From a virus: a DNA stretch of 64,000 nucleotides. The position numbers and the translations under genes were made by a program. The notes under the pieces were generated by a model, which saw only the letters and a list, made by a program, of their open reading frames with translations, was not told the origin of the DNA and ran no database searches. The DNA lies in IMG/VR virus record IMGVR_UViG_3300030329_001630, positions 7,592 through 71,591 of that record; one strand, given 5' to 3'. This document shows, one piece after another, positions 1 to 9,273 of the stretch; within the stretch, counting starts at the first letter, position 1; each line of letters starts with the position of its first letter.

Positions 1-3000
1 GAGGCATTCTTTTTTCATCGAGTCGGCTATGTTTAAACGGTGTTCTAATTTTTTCAATATAAGGTTTAATGGAGCTAGAATTAATTCTATAATATCCGGG
101 GTCTAATCCAGCATAACTGTTTTCAACATATAGGATTTTACCTAAACCGTAAGTATGGTCTCCTGCGTGTGACTTGCTTTCTTGGGCTGCTCCCTCACAA
201 CTATCGTAATAATCTTCTGGCGTTCTATTTTCATAAAGAATACCAATAGTTCTAGCCGCGTCTCCTGTTCTGTTAGCTAACTCCCCCACTTCGTCATAAA
301 AACAAATCTCTTCTACTAAATCAATAATATCAGTAGGATCTGAGGGATGTGGAGGCAGTTTTACATTAGACCAATCAGTAAACGACTGTCCAATATACTG
401 CTGGCTTTTACTGACATATCTACTGTCTTGCACAGGAACCTGTTTAACATCACGTACATACTGCCAAAGAGGAATATAATGATTATTTTGCAAATCGTGA
501 CAAACTTCACACGTTGTTCGATCTTCGTCCTCCCCGCAATCCGTACTATCATACTCACACGAAGCCCTAGAGTGGGCAATGTCGTATACAATATCACCGG
601 GAGTTAATTCAATACCGTTAGAATCTTTGACGGTTTTTTTCCAAGTCCTAGTGTCTCCACTCGTAACTTCAGAAGGAGTCATACCTTCTTTCCAACAAGT
701 GTGAGCAGGCACAGGTACAGGATCACTAGCTGGATCACACCTTTGAGTAATTGACGTACTTATTTTAATACGCCCTTTACCGTCTGCATTAATTGGTACA
801 ACGATATCACCAGTTTGGTCGCAACTTGGTGCTTCGGTATCAAACGTCGTTCCTTCGCATTCTTTGTAAGGATACCAAAAATTATCAGAAGTTGTACTAT
901 AGTTAGGCGGACCCGGATCTGCGGGAGTAACCGTCTCATCTGCATCTAAGGCTGAAAACGTATTTGTTTCTTCTGCTCTGATATTAGTCAAAGCTTTCCA
1001 GACACCTTGCGCGTTATAAACTTCCGTACCAGCCGAGTATGTCTTATTAGGCACGTAGAGGAACGCAGTGCCATCAGGATCGACCACAGAAGAAGAATAG
1101 TACGTAATCTCTTTTCCTTTGTAGTCCGGCACATTGGTTTCTACGCCGTCTAAATCAAAGAGTTTACCGTTATCACTTGAACTATAACCAGCTTTAACAA
1201 ACTTATTTAAAATATAAATATTAGTTCCAACTGTAATAGCGGTTAAAGCTTCACTAGCGGTTTTTGTATCATTCTTGTGGGTAATATACTGGTAGACCTC
1301 AGGTGCAGGCTGATCTTCAATAGAAGGGGTCTGATCTTCTACTTTGTTAGTATCGGTGTCTACTTTATAAATATAAAATAATTTATCACCCAGTTTAGCT
1401 TGATAGTTTACTACTACAAGATAGCGTAAATCATCACTAACAGCAAACCAGTAATAGAAGAAATCGTTATCTCCTAAAGAACCGTTTTTAAATACTGTTG
1501 GCGTAAGATAAGAAGTATCTGTTTTAACAGTTGTGCCGTTACCACCTGCGTCATCCATTTTTAGTTTAACAATAGTAGTGGTATCGGCGGAAGCTGTAAT
1601 ACGAATAAACGTATTTAAATTAATTGCTTTAATGATTTCTGTAGCTACGTCTGCATTAGTAGTAGCATCCCTCAAAGCAATAATAGATTCCGTTGTAGTC
1701 ACTTCGTTTTCTTTAAAATGAAATGTTTGGGTATTACCTTTAACATCTACTAATTTAATAAAACGATTATGAAATGCTTTTCCTAAAGACAAGCCACCAG
1801 TAAATACTAAAGCCATAGAAGTTACAGCGTTAGTAAAAAAGCTACCAGTAGTAATTGTAGTATTTCCGGCAACTCCTGTCGTAGCCTGAGTAAGAGTCAC
1901 AGTACCCGAAGATTCAGTTACTGTTATTTTAGCCCCTAAGGCACTGTTTTCAATACCACCTCTAAATTCTTTTCCAAAATCTGAAGCTGAAGTACCTCTA
2001 TTAATATAAGTATAATCTAATCTACTAAAGGTTGCGGGAAGAACAGACAAAGCATCTGTAAAGTTTGCTGCTGTGCCAATACTTTTATTACCTGTATCTC
2101 CGCCACTAGGCATTTCTAAATTAATTTTACCTGTAGTACCCACAACTTCGCAATGCATTTTTCCGAATCTTGCAGGAGGCTTTCCAGATAAAGACGCGCT
2201 AAATCTAGGAGATAACTGTACACGGCTGGTTGCAAATTTTGACTCAAGGACATTCGCTAAAGTTAAAACCCCTGACGAAGACGTAACGGTAAATTGAGTA
2301 CCGCTTGCGCCACTGTTTGCGCCCCCAGTAAAAGCAGCCGGAGGAGCCGCACTACACGCGGACGCAAAATCTGTAGAATCTGTAATAGTTGTATTACCAG
2401 TAGTTTTAGCATAAGGCTGAGTAATAGTAATATCTCCTCCGCCAGCCCCAGAAGTAAAGTTAGTGGGGTTTACACTACATGCAGTATCCCAAGAAGCAGC
2501 ACTAGTTACCGTAGTATTACCTACAGTTCCGCTCATGGTTTGAGTTAAGACAACTACACCTGATCCAGTGTGGACTGCACGAATCGTACCGTTATGACCC
2601 ACAGAACTAGTTACGGCCTCTACAAAATTATTAGCTGCGGCTACTTTGGATACACCATTACCACTATTAAATTCAATATTACCTGAGTTTAACTTAGGAC
2701 AATCACTACAACTGTCAATTGCTTTATAGGTTTTAGTCGTACCATAAGCGTCGGTTAAAGCTAAGGTGCCGTTATTAGTAGCAGCCCCACTAAAAGTAAA
2801 AGTAGTACTAGCAGCAACAGCCGAATTATTAACGACTACGTTATTAGGACCAAGTTGAGCACCGTGTCCGTTACTGCTTAAAAGAGCTTCTCGCAGGTTA
2901 GCTGCCACTTCATTAGCAGAATTACCTTGTAAAAACTTAACGCTGCCGCTGTCTAAGTCACCGTTGTTACCACTAGTAGCTGATTTATAAGTTTTACTAA

Positions 3001-4003
3001 CTGTAGTTGAAGAATCGCTAGTAATTAATAAAGTAATAGTAGCGGTTCCCGCAGCGGGAGTACCTGTATTAAATGTCCAAGTAGCTGACCCATGAGTGTT
3101 AGTTTCGTTATGACCATTAGTTGAGTTAATAGCAGCAGCTAAGTTATCAGAAGCTTCTGTCCCGTTAGTTCCAGCGTTGAACAACACAATGGACCCGGCA
3201 AGATCTCCGTTTGTAACTGTACCATTAGCTTGTGCTTTATAAGTTTTAGTTACATTATTAGCTGACGTAAAAGTAACGGTTTCTCCTACAGTAGCAGCGG
3301 CATTAAATGTCATTGCTAAAGAAGAGTTATTATTAAAACCGTTAGAACTATAAAACGCTTCTTGAAAGTTTAAAGCAGCTTGGTGGGCATTTTCTAAAGG
3401 AGAAGAGGATTCATCATATCCAGAACTAAACTGTAAATACCCACTTCCATCAGGAGTACCGTTAGCACCAGACAGTTTATCTTTAGCGATAAATGTCTTT
3501 TTAGTACCATCGTAAGCTTCAAGAGTAATAGTACTTTCGTGTACTGCTTGTTGTTTAAAGGTAAAAGAACTAGTAGATTCTGTTTCATAACCAGAGTTAC
3601 CTAGTTTGGTTACAATATAATTAACAGTAGTAGCATCAGAGCTAATAAGTTTAATAGTACTTCCTACAATTCCTTGCGAGTTAAAAGCCCAAGAAGCTGT
3701 TGCAGAAGTGTCTGTTACAGTCCCGACTGTTAAAGTAGCGTTAGCACCGATTGAAGTAGGTAATCCTAATCCACCAAAATCTTTAATCTGGTTTGCAGCA
3801 ATATTATCATAAGTAGTTAACTGATTAGAGTTAGCTCTTTTTTCAATAGATTTTTCTAAGGTAGGAGTAGCGTTATCTATTACCTGAGCTTCACTGGGTA
3901 ATCGTTTAGATGGGGCTTGTCTCCCTACACCACCACTAAGGCTGTAAATAGGAATTCTAGTATTAAACCCCTTTTGTCTAGATCGTCTGTCATAGGGCGG
4001 CAT
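1..4003 (-). CDS. Tail tubular protein B / nozzle (T7 gp12-like), greatly enlarged by insertions; 3' end lies beyond the left edge of the window
   Basis: Missing from the ORF track because there is no stop in the window. ATG at 4003 with AAGGAG RBS at 4011-4016. N-terminus MPPYDRRSRQKGFNTRIPIYSLSGGVGRQAPSKRLPSEAQVIDNATPTLEKSIEKR matches the gp12 pattern (L.GGisQQP..R..Q...N......l.KR). The last residues, KIRTPFKHSRLDEKRMP, resemble the gp12 'id..tMP' motif. It directly follows tubular A. Confidence 0.88.
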   Translation of the reverse strand, partial: MPPYDRRSRQKGFNTRIPIYSLSGGVGRQAPSKRLPSEAQVIDNATPTLEKSIEKRANSNQLTTYDNIAANQIKDFGGLGLPTSIGANATLTVGTVTDTSATASWAFNSQGIVGSTIKLISSDATTVNYIVTKLGNSGYETESTSSFTFKQQAVHESTITLEAYDGTKKTFIAKDKLSGANGTPDGSGYLQFSSGYDESSSPLENAHQAALNFQEAFYSSNGFNNNSSLAMTFNAAATVGETVTFTSANNVTKTYKAQANGTVTNGDLAGSIVLFNAGTNGTEASDNLAAAINSTNGHNETNTHGSATWTFNTGTPAAGTATITLLITSDSSTTVSKTYKSATSGNNGDLDSGSVKFLQGNSANEVAANLREALLSSNGHGAQLGPNNVVVNNSAVAASTTFTFSGAATNNGTLALTDAYGTTKTYKAIDSCSDCPKLNSGNIEFNSGNGVSKVAAANNFVEAVTSSVGHNGTIRAVHTGSGVVVLTQTMSGTVGNTTVTSAASWDTACSVNPTNFTSGAGGGDITITQPYAKTTGNTTITDSTDFASACSAAPPAAFTGGANSGASGTQFTVTSSSGVLTLANVLESKFATSRVQLSPRFSASLSGKPPARFGKMHCEVVGTTGKINLEMPSGGDTGNKSIGTAANFTDALSVLPATFSRLDYTYINRGTSASDFGKEFRGGIENSALGAKITVTESSGTVTLTQATTGVAGNTTITTGSFFTNAVTSMALVFTGGLSLGKAFHNRFIKLVDVKGNTQTFHFKENEVTTTESIIALRDATTNADVATEIIKAINLNTFIRITASADTTTIVKLKMDDAGGNGTTVKTDTSYLTPTVFKNGSLGDNDFFYYWFAVSDDLRYLVVVNYQAKLGDKLFYIYKVDTDTNKVEDQTPSIEDQPAPEVYQYITHKNDTKTASEALTAITVGTNIYILNKFVKAGYSSSDNGKLFDLDGVETNVPDYKGKEITYYSSSVVDPDGTAFLYVPNKTYSAGTEVYNAQGVWKALTNIRAEETNTFSALDADETVTPADPGPPNYSTTSDNFWYPYKECEGTTFDTEAPSCDQTGDIVVPINADGKGRIKISTSITQRCDPASDPVPVPAHTCWKEGMTPSEVTSGDTRTWKKTVKDSNGIELTPGDIVYDIAHSRASCEYDSTDCGEDEDRTTCEVCHDLQNNHYIPLWQYVRDVKQVPVQDSRYVSKSQQYIGQSFTDWSNVKLPPHPSDPTDIIDLVEEICFYDEVGELANRTGDAARTIGILYENRTPEDYYDSCEGAAQESKSHAGDHTYGLGKILYVENSYAGLDPGYYRINSSSIKPYIEKIRTPFKHSRLDEKRMP

Positions 4004-4014
4004 AAGTGTTCTCC

Positions 4015-4656
4015 TTAAGAACTAGGATATCTATATCGATTATAATTCCAAGTCCGGTTTCTATTGACAGCACCTGTGATAGAAGATTCAGGACCGCTAA
4101 AAATATTATATCGTTTTTGAGAGTTATCAGAACCCTTAGCCTGACTGTCATAATACAATGATAACTGAGCTAAATAATTATCGACTTCTCCGTCTCCTTG
4201 AGATAACATTTGGTATTCTCGGGCAGCTTGCATTACAATAGCCTTTTGAATATTTGTATCCATGTCTTCCCACTCAAATTTTAAAACAAGATATACTAGA
4301 TATTCAGTGTCTTTAGTCCACTGTTTAGTATTATCTGTTAAATTATATAAATAAGGAGGATTACCTCGGACAGTACCTCTAATAGGATCACCATTAGAAT
4401 TGGTGTGGGTCGAAATAAGCCAACCACTTAAAGTATTGTTAGGAAGATCAATAGTTAAACCAGAATCAACTTTATATTTATTCTGTACTTGGTTATTAGC
4501 TAAACCCCTCATTTGGTAATCGATGATTTTTTGTTCCAACATAAATTCTGCAACACTTGTATCAACACTACCTTGATTTTCTAAATCACTAACAACACCT
4601 TCGCCTGAAGAAATCAACATTTGATTTACAGCGTCAAGTTTGGTCATATAACCCAT
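4015..4656 (-). CDS. Tail tubular protein A (T7 gp11-like)
   Basis: MTKLDAVNQMLISSGE...V..L N-terminus, LYNLTDNT, and a WEDM..IQKAI...AAREYQ motif. Position downstream of the capsid gene. Confidence 0.9.
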   Translation of the reverse strand: MGYMTKLDAVNQMLISSGEGVVSDLENQGSVDTSVAEFMLEQKIIDYQMRGLANNQVQNKYKVDSGLTIDLPNNTLSGWLISTHTNSNGDPIRGTVRGNPPYLYNLTDNTKQWTKDTEYLVYLVLKFEWEDMDTNIQKAIVMQAAREYQMLSQGDGEVDNYLAQLSLYYDSQAKGSDNSQKRYNIFSGPESSITGAVNRNRTWNYNRYRYPSS

Positions 4657-4670
4657 AAGAATCTCCTCTC

Positions 4671-4710
4671 AAAGAAAAAACACCGCAGCCCCCCTTCGGG
4701 GGCCACGGCG
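4671..4710 (-). terminator. Rho-independent terminator after the capsid gene (T-phi-like position)
   Basis: Minus strand CGCCGTGGCCCCC-GAAG-GGGGGCTGCGGTG followed by TTTTTTCTTT. Confidence 0.85.
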
Positions 4711-4716
4711 ATAGTT

Positions 4717-4799
4717 TTGCAGGTAACGGCAACTCCTGCTGCCGAGATAGGATCACCTCTTTCAATAAAAGAGTCTGCAAGACATAAAAAATATCCTCC
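4717..4799 (-). other. Structured capsid 3' trailer with a 7-aa minigene (MSCRLFY) and an extended 16S-rRNA-complementary tract
   Basis: GGAGG RBS, ATG at 4785, TGA at 4762-4764. Outer stem TTGCAG/CTGCAA encloses two hairpins. GAAAGAGGTGATCC at 4750-4763. Confidence 0.4.
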
Positions 4800-4816
4800 A
4801 AAAGATCCTATTTTAA

Positions 4817-6169
4817 TTACGACCCGGTAACAACGTACTCCGCAGTACCACCGAGAGCGGACATAATCTGCGCCTTAGTAGCCGCAGTTGCGCCAGATGC
4901 TCTATCACCTGCGTAGATAAGCGAAGCGCACTCGGGACGAAGAACGCCCGTACCAGCCATCATCGAAGCAACAGTAAAGTTGGTGTTACGACGGATGTCT
5001 TCCACCGAATCAACCTTCATGCCCTGAAGCGACAGCGAAGCAATAGCCTTGCTTTGCCAAATCATACCCTTAACACCCTTCTGGGTGCGAGTGCCGGTAG
5101 TCAGAGTCAAGTTACCATCGGCTTCTAATAAGAAGTCAAGGTTGTAACGAGCTTCACCAATGACCTGCTTCTGATAAGGCACAGTAGCGGGAGGCGTAGA
5201 CGTATCCTGAGCATCCCAGTTAGGAATGTGGTTAGACTTGATGATACGAGCACTCATGTACTCAAGCGAGTCACTAAGAGCCATCATACCATCACGAAGA
5301 CCATTACCAAGACCACCGGCTTCAGCGACACCGCCGAAGAACGGACGGCCAGCACCGCCACCAAGGTCACCAGTGTCCCGAGCAACACCAAGCGCACGAA
5401 TATCGTGGAAGGTCTGCGGGGTCACAGCGCAGTAAACACCCGAGGTGTCAGCGTTAATCTCCTGCAAGTGAATCATAAAGTCTTCAATTGCAGCGAGAAC
5501 AGCCAAAGCACCGTCAGCGCGTTCAGCGTCAGTAGCATCACTTGAATCAAGATATTCTAACTTCTGGCTAAATGCGCTACCGAAGCTAGGCGAATCTTTA
5601 AGCGTCTTGGTCCAGTCATCCCCATCCTGTGCGCGGGGATCGGTTGCAAGAATCGATTCAGCCGCAGCACGAACAAGGTAAGCACCGATCTGAAGGTCAC
5701 GGGCGTTAGCAAGCGTCTGACCAGCCTGACGGGCCAGTTCCTGACGATACTGCCACTGCGTAATCATAAGGTCGATGTTATCAACTTCAAAGTAAGTTGC
5801 AATGGGACGATTATCAAGGTTGACCGCAAAGGTCGTGCTTGCGTGATCGTTAGTGTTACCAAGCAGTTCTTCACCAGCAAACCATGCAGGCTTCAGAGCA
5901 ACACTTCCCATGATCGGGAATTCCATTGAACGACCAGAAGAAATAGTACGAGACTCAACAAGAGGCTCGAAAACACGATACTGATCGAAAGCATACATAA
6001 CTTCGCCTGACCAAATAGGAAGCCAAAGTTTGTTAGCACCGGCTGCACCGCCGGAGGTGGCACCAGCCATAGTAGTACGGAAGGGCTGCGAAGTCAGTGC
6101 ATCAACGGACGGCGTAACATTTGCCGATCCAGTGCCGCCAAAAGCAGCGTTATTAGTAACATAAGCCAT
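4817..6169 (-). CDS. Major capsid protein (T7 gp10-like)
   Basis: LWLPIWSGEVMYAF, RTISSGRSMEFPIMG, YRQELARQAGQTLANARD, IIKSNHIP and GTGVLRPECA motifs. Follows the scaffold gene. Confidence 0.95.
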   Translation of the reverse strand: MAYVTNNAAFGGTGSANVTPSVDALTSQPFRTTMAGATSGGAAGANKLWLPIWSGEVMYAFDQYRVFEPLVESRTISSGRSMEFPIMGSVALKPAWFAGEELLGNTNDHASTTFAVNLDNRPIATYFEVDNIDLMITQWQYRQELARQAGQTLANARDLQIGAYLVRAAAESILATDPRAQDGDDWTKTLKDSPSFGSAFSQKLEYLDSSDATDAERADGALAVLAAIEDFMIHLQEINADTSGVYCAVTPQTFHDIRALGVARDTGDLGGGAGRPFFGGVAEAGGLGNGLRDGMMALSDSLEYMSARIIKSNHIPNWDAQDTSTPPATVPYQKQVIGEARYNLDFLLEADGNLTLTTGTRTQKGVKGMIWQSKAIASLSLQGMKVDSVEDIRRNTNFTVASMMAGTGVLRPECASLIYAGDRASGATAATKAQIMSALGGTAEYVVTGS

Positions 6170-6230
6170 AATAATTCTCCTTGAGAATTGTGTAATTGTT
6201 TAATAATAGAATAAAATTACAGCAATAGTC

Positions 6231-6260
6231 ACGGTTGAATTATCCTTTCGGGTTCAACGT
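6231..6260 (-). promoter_or_regulatory. Stem-loop in the capsid gene leader (candidate cis-regulatory RNA)
   Basis: Minus strand ACGTTGAA-C-CC-GAAA-GG-ATAA-TTCAAC-CGT: a GNRA-capped hairpin with an asymmetric internal loop in an otherwise AT-rich intergenic region. Confidence 0.4.
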
Positions 6261-6316
6261 TAGCTTGTCAATCCCACGATTAATATAAACATCTCTATTT
6301 AATAAAAACCGCTTTC

Positions 6317-7201
6317 TCAACGTGGAAGACTTTGCCAATCAGTCTTCACCATACGTTCCTCTACAGCATTTCGATAGTTAGCATCTTGCATATACCGAGG
6401 GTCTGATCTTGCCTGAGTGAACTCGCCGTAAGAAGAAAAACCTTCCACGGTGGAACGCCCAGCCGGGTTGGGGGCACGATTCTGCGGAGGAACCGGCTCC
6501 TGCGCCTTAGGTGCAGCAGCCATCGCTTTATCGTACATAGAAGCAAGACCGTATAAAGTGACCTCGTAATCAGGACCAGCAAGCCTTTGATTAACAACAT
6601 CTTGTTGTTCTTTCGGAAGGTTATTTGCTGCCCATTCAAACATGGAACCAAGTCTTTCTTCTCCCCCTACTAATTGGGCGGCTTGTCCAAAAGCTTCCCT
6701 TTGTTTTGCTTTTTGACCAACAGTCCAATCATTAATCATTTGATCTGTAAAATTGGTTTTAGCTTTGATCTCTGCAATAGTAGCTTCTGAAAACTCACCT
6801 TTAATTGCTAACTCATTACCCCAATTAACGTAATCTTCTTGAGTTAGCTCACTTTTAACCTCAGGCTCTTCACTTTCTAATTTATCCTGAATAGACGGAA
6901 TACGAAGTTCCTGATCAGTAGGAATTTCTGTAGTAGGTTTCGGAGTTTCTTCCTTTGGAGCATGGAACTGTTTTTCAAGTTCTGCATAACTCTTAGCAAG
7001 AGCTTCCATATCTACTGTTCCGTCATCTCGCTTGAATTTCTCAGGAACAGCCGTCTGTTGAACGGCCTGTTCCGCCGTACCCCGAGCAGCCATAGCTGCG
7101 TCATATTCGGGAGTACCGGGCTGAATCACCACTTCTTGTGGCTGAGTTTCATTAGTAGGTGCAGAGTTATCTACAGGTTGAGTGATATTTTCTTCGGACA
7201 T
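6317..7201 (-). CDS. Capsid assembly scaffolding protein (T7 gp9-like)
   Basis: PEKF...EALAKSYAELEK, VGGEE...MFEWAANNL and C-terminal SDPRY..DANYRNAVEER motifs. Lies between portal and capsid. Confidence 0.9.
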   Translation of the reverse strand: MSEENITQPVDNSAPTNETQPQEVVIQPGTPEYDAAMAARGTAEQAVQQTAVPEKFKRDDGTVDMEALAKSYAELEKQFHAPKEETPKPTTEIPTDQELRIPSIQDKLESEEPEVKSELTQEDYVNWGNELAIKGEFSEATIAEIKAKTNFTDQMINDWTVGQKAKQREAFGQAAQLVGGEERLGSMFEWAANNLPKEQQDVVNQRLAGPDYEVTLYGLASMYDKAMAAAPKAQEPVPPQNRAPNPAGRSTVEGFSSYGEFTQARSDPRYMQDANYRNAVEERMVKTDWQSLPR

Positions 7202-7219
7202 ATTAATTCGTTCTCCATA

Positions 7220-8782
7220 TTATGCGGTTCCCGGTGACATCATGCCACCGACAGCCTGTTGTGCCATACCTGAAGCAGCTTCCATGCCCATTTGGGCGGC
7301 CTGAGCTTCTGACTGCATAGCCATCTGCTGTGCCATAGCTGCTTGCTGTTCTTGCTGCACTTCCTGTTCAGACTTCACCCAGTTAGTTGGATCAAGACCG
7401 AGGGCAGTAATAAGCGCTGTTGTGTAAGCATCCCATTTAAAGGTTGCTAATGATTCAGGTGGAAGGTTTCGCACCATTTCACCCATTTGAATAAGTTTAG
7501 TCAAATCAGAGTCCCTAGAAAGAGCCTGAAGACCTGTAATAATTTCAACCGAAAGGACTCCGCCTTCTGCAAATTGACTGGCTAATCTAGGATCGATTAA
7601 CCGCTGATCAATCATTAAGAATACGGCTCTTTCAACAATAGGCTGCATCATTTCTCTAGCAATAGAAGAGAAAGCACCGCCAAGAATAGTTTCTAATTCA
7701 GATCCAATCATGCGAACAGCCGTAGCAGTAACACGATCCCCAGAAGGAATAGCTCCTGCTGACATTAAAAATGAGGTAGATACTTCTCTACGCATTTGTT
7801 CGACTGCTGCCATGACAGATTGAATTTGAGGATTAAGAGTATCAGAAGGTGAAATAGTAAAGATGTCTTCTCGTCTAGCTGAAATATACGAACCATTATC
7901 TCGACCAGCGACATCTTCAACATTAGTTACACCTGCTGGATTAACTCCAATCCAGAATGCACTAGAAGCTGCCATCCCCTCAAGCATAGCCTGAGTATAA
8001 GACTCTAGGGTCTGGATGTCACCGTAAATCTCTTCACAATGAGATCGACCGTAGTTCTCTCCGGGGATAGCAGTCCATCGTAAACATGAATAAGGTAATA
8101 CAGTATAAGTACCTTGATCAAGTACAGTACCATCAGTATCTTCTCTTCTGACACTCCAATTATTATTTGTTTCGTTATAGGTTAATCTAACAAACTGGGT
8201 TTTATAACCTTTACGCCCGTAAACATTAGAGCTATCGTACTGATCTAAAGCGGGTTCATTGGAATCGTCTGCAACAAACTCTAAATGAATAATTTCAACA
8301 GGATTACCGACAATATCTCTACGAATAACATAGTGATCTTGTCGGATAACTCTGAAATTAAAATCATCTTCCATTACAACAATAACATCACCAGTAATAA
8401 TAAGATGCTGTAATGCGGTAAATACTGTTTCTCTAAAATTACCACCAATGATTTTAGTGTAAACTTGGTTTGCAACAACGTCAAGAAAAGCAGCAACTTG
8501 TGGATCTAATTCTTCTCCCGTTTTTACTTCAAACTGAAAGAAGGGTAAATCATTTAAAGGAATTAAAGCGGAAAGCATTCTTGAAGCAAGATTAGTTACT
8601 CCCCTTGCAGGCATTGAAGAACTAGGTTGAATAAGAGCGTCTTGCTCTGTCCATTCTTCTGGGGGCAAAATAGAAGGAATTGTAAGTTGGGAACAATCTC
8701 TTGCTCGATCTAATTTACTAGTTCTATTTGTATCTAAAAGTCTAAATCTTTCGTAAATACTTCCTTCAGGGGGAATAGGCAT
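7220..8782 (-). CDS. Portal / head-tail connector (T7 gp8-like)
   Basis: LTIPSILP, ARGVTNLASRMLSAL.P...PFF, GENYGRS, RVTATAVR...ELE..LGG.FS, IITGLQALSR and a Q-rich tail. Confidence 0.95.
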   Translation of the reverse strand: MPIPPEGSIYERFRLLDTNRTSKLDRARDCSQLTIPSILPPEEWTEQDALIQPSSSMPARGVTNLASRMLSALIPLNDLPFFQFEVKTGEELDPQVAAFLDVVANQVYTKIIGGNFRETVFTALQHLIITGDVIVVMEDDFNFRVIRQDHYVIRRDIVGNPVEIIHLEFVADDSNEPALDQYDSSNVYGRKGYKTQFVRLTYNETNNNWSVRREDTDGTVLDQGTYTVLPYSCLRWTAIPGENYGRSHCEEIYGDIQTLESYTQAMLEGMAASSAFWIGVNPAGVTNVEDVAGRDNGSYISARREDIFTISPSDTLNPQIQSVMAAVEQMRREVSTSFLMSAGAIPSGDRVTATAVRMIGSELETILGGAFSSIAREMMQPIVERAVFLMIDQRLIDPRLASQFAEGGVLSVEIITGLQALSRDSDLTKLIQMGEMVRNLPPESLATFKWDAYTTALITALGLDPTNWVKSEQEVQQEQQAAMAQQMAMQSEAQAAQMGMEAASGMAQQAVGGMMSPGTA

Positions 8783-9273
8783 TAAACGGGCCTCGCTCTA
8801 GCGCCGTAAATCGGCGTACCAAATTCAGGACCGGCTGGACTGCCGCCTTGCATCCCGCCTCCTGTGGGTGCTTCGCCGGTCGCGGAGGGTGCGCCTGCAA
8901 CGCCCATACCCATACCAGCTAATAAACTGTTTTGAAATCCAGTAATCGTTGCCTGATTTTGGTCTTCTTCTTCTAAGTTTTCTTCGACTTCAGCAAGACC
9001 ACTTTCCAAAGCTTCTGCCTGTCTCTGTAACTCAAGTTCATTCTGTTTTTCGCGGTCAGCTAAAGCAGTAGCGTAAGAATTACGCTGTGCTTCTAATTTT
9101 AACTGTAATTCACTATTTCTTCTGTTAGTTTCTTCTGCTGCCAATGCACTTTGTCTGTTCATAGCTGCTATTTGGGCAGGACTCATAGCTGCTTGAGGAG
9201 AATTATTTGAAATGTAGTAAGGTCCGGGTAAACCATTAAACATACAACCCGGCGGCTTGAAAAATGTATTCAT
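8782..9273 (-). CDS. Hypothetical coiled-coil protein, probably virion-associated
   Basis: 163-aa ORF coupled to the portal start. Position equivalent to T7 gp6.7/gp7.3. Confidence 0.6.
   Translation of the reverse strand: MNTFFKPPGCMFNGLPGPYYISNNSPQAAMSPAQIAAMNRQSALAAEETNRRNSELQLKLEAQRNSYATALADREKQNELELQRQAEALESGLAEVEENLEEEDQNQATITGFQNSLLAGMGMGVAGAPSATGEAPTGGGMQGGSPAGPEFGTPIYGARARPV

Noticed and set aside
347-3588. Short ORFs listed in the track within 1-4000
   Set aside because: They are shadows of one long minus-strand frame (tail tubular B) that is open from 4003 to the window edge.
4750-4763. 16S rRNA 3'-end fragment
   Set aside because: Only about 14 nt match, with no flanking rRNA sequence. 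It is treated as a cis-element, not an rRNA gene.
4780-4860. T7 gp10A/10B-type frameshift extension of the capsid protein
   Set aside because: No clear slippery heptamer is present near the stop, and there is no long downstream frame before the terminator.
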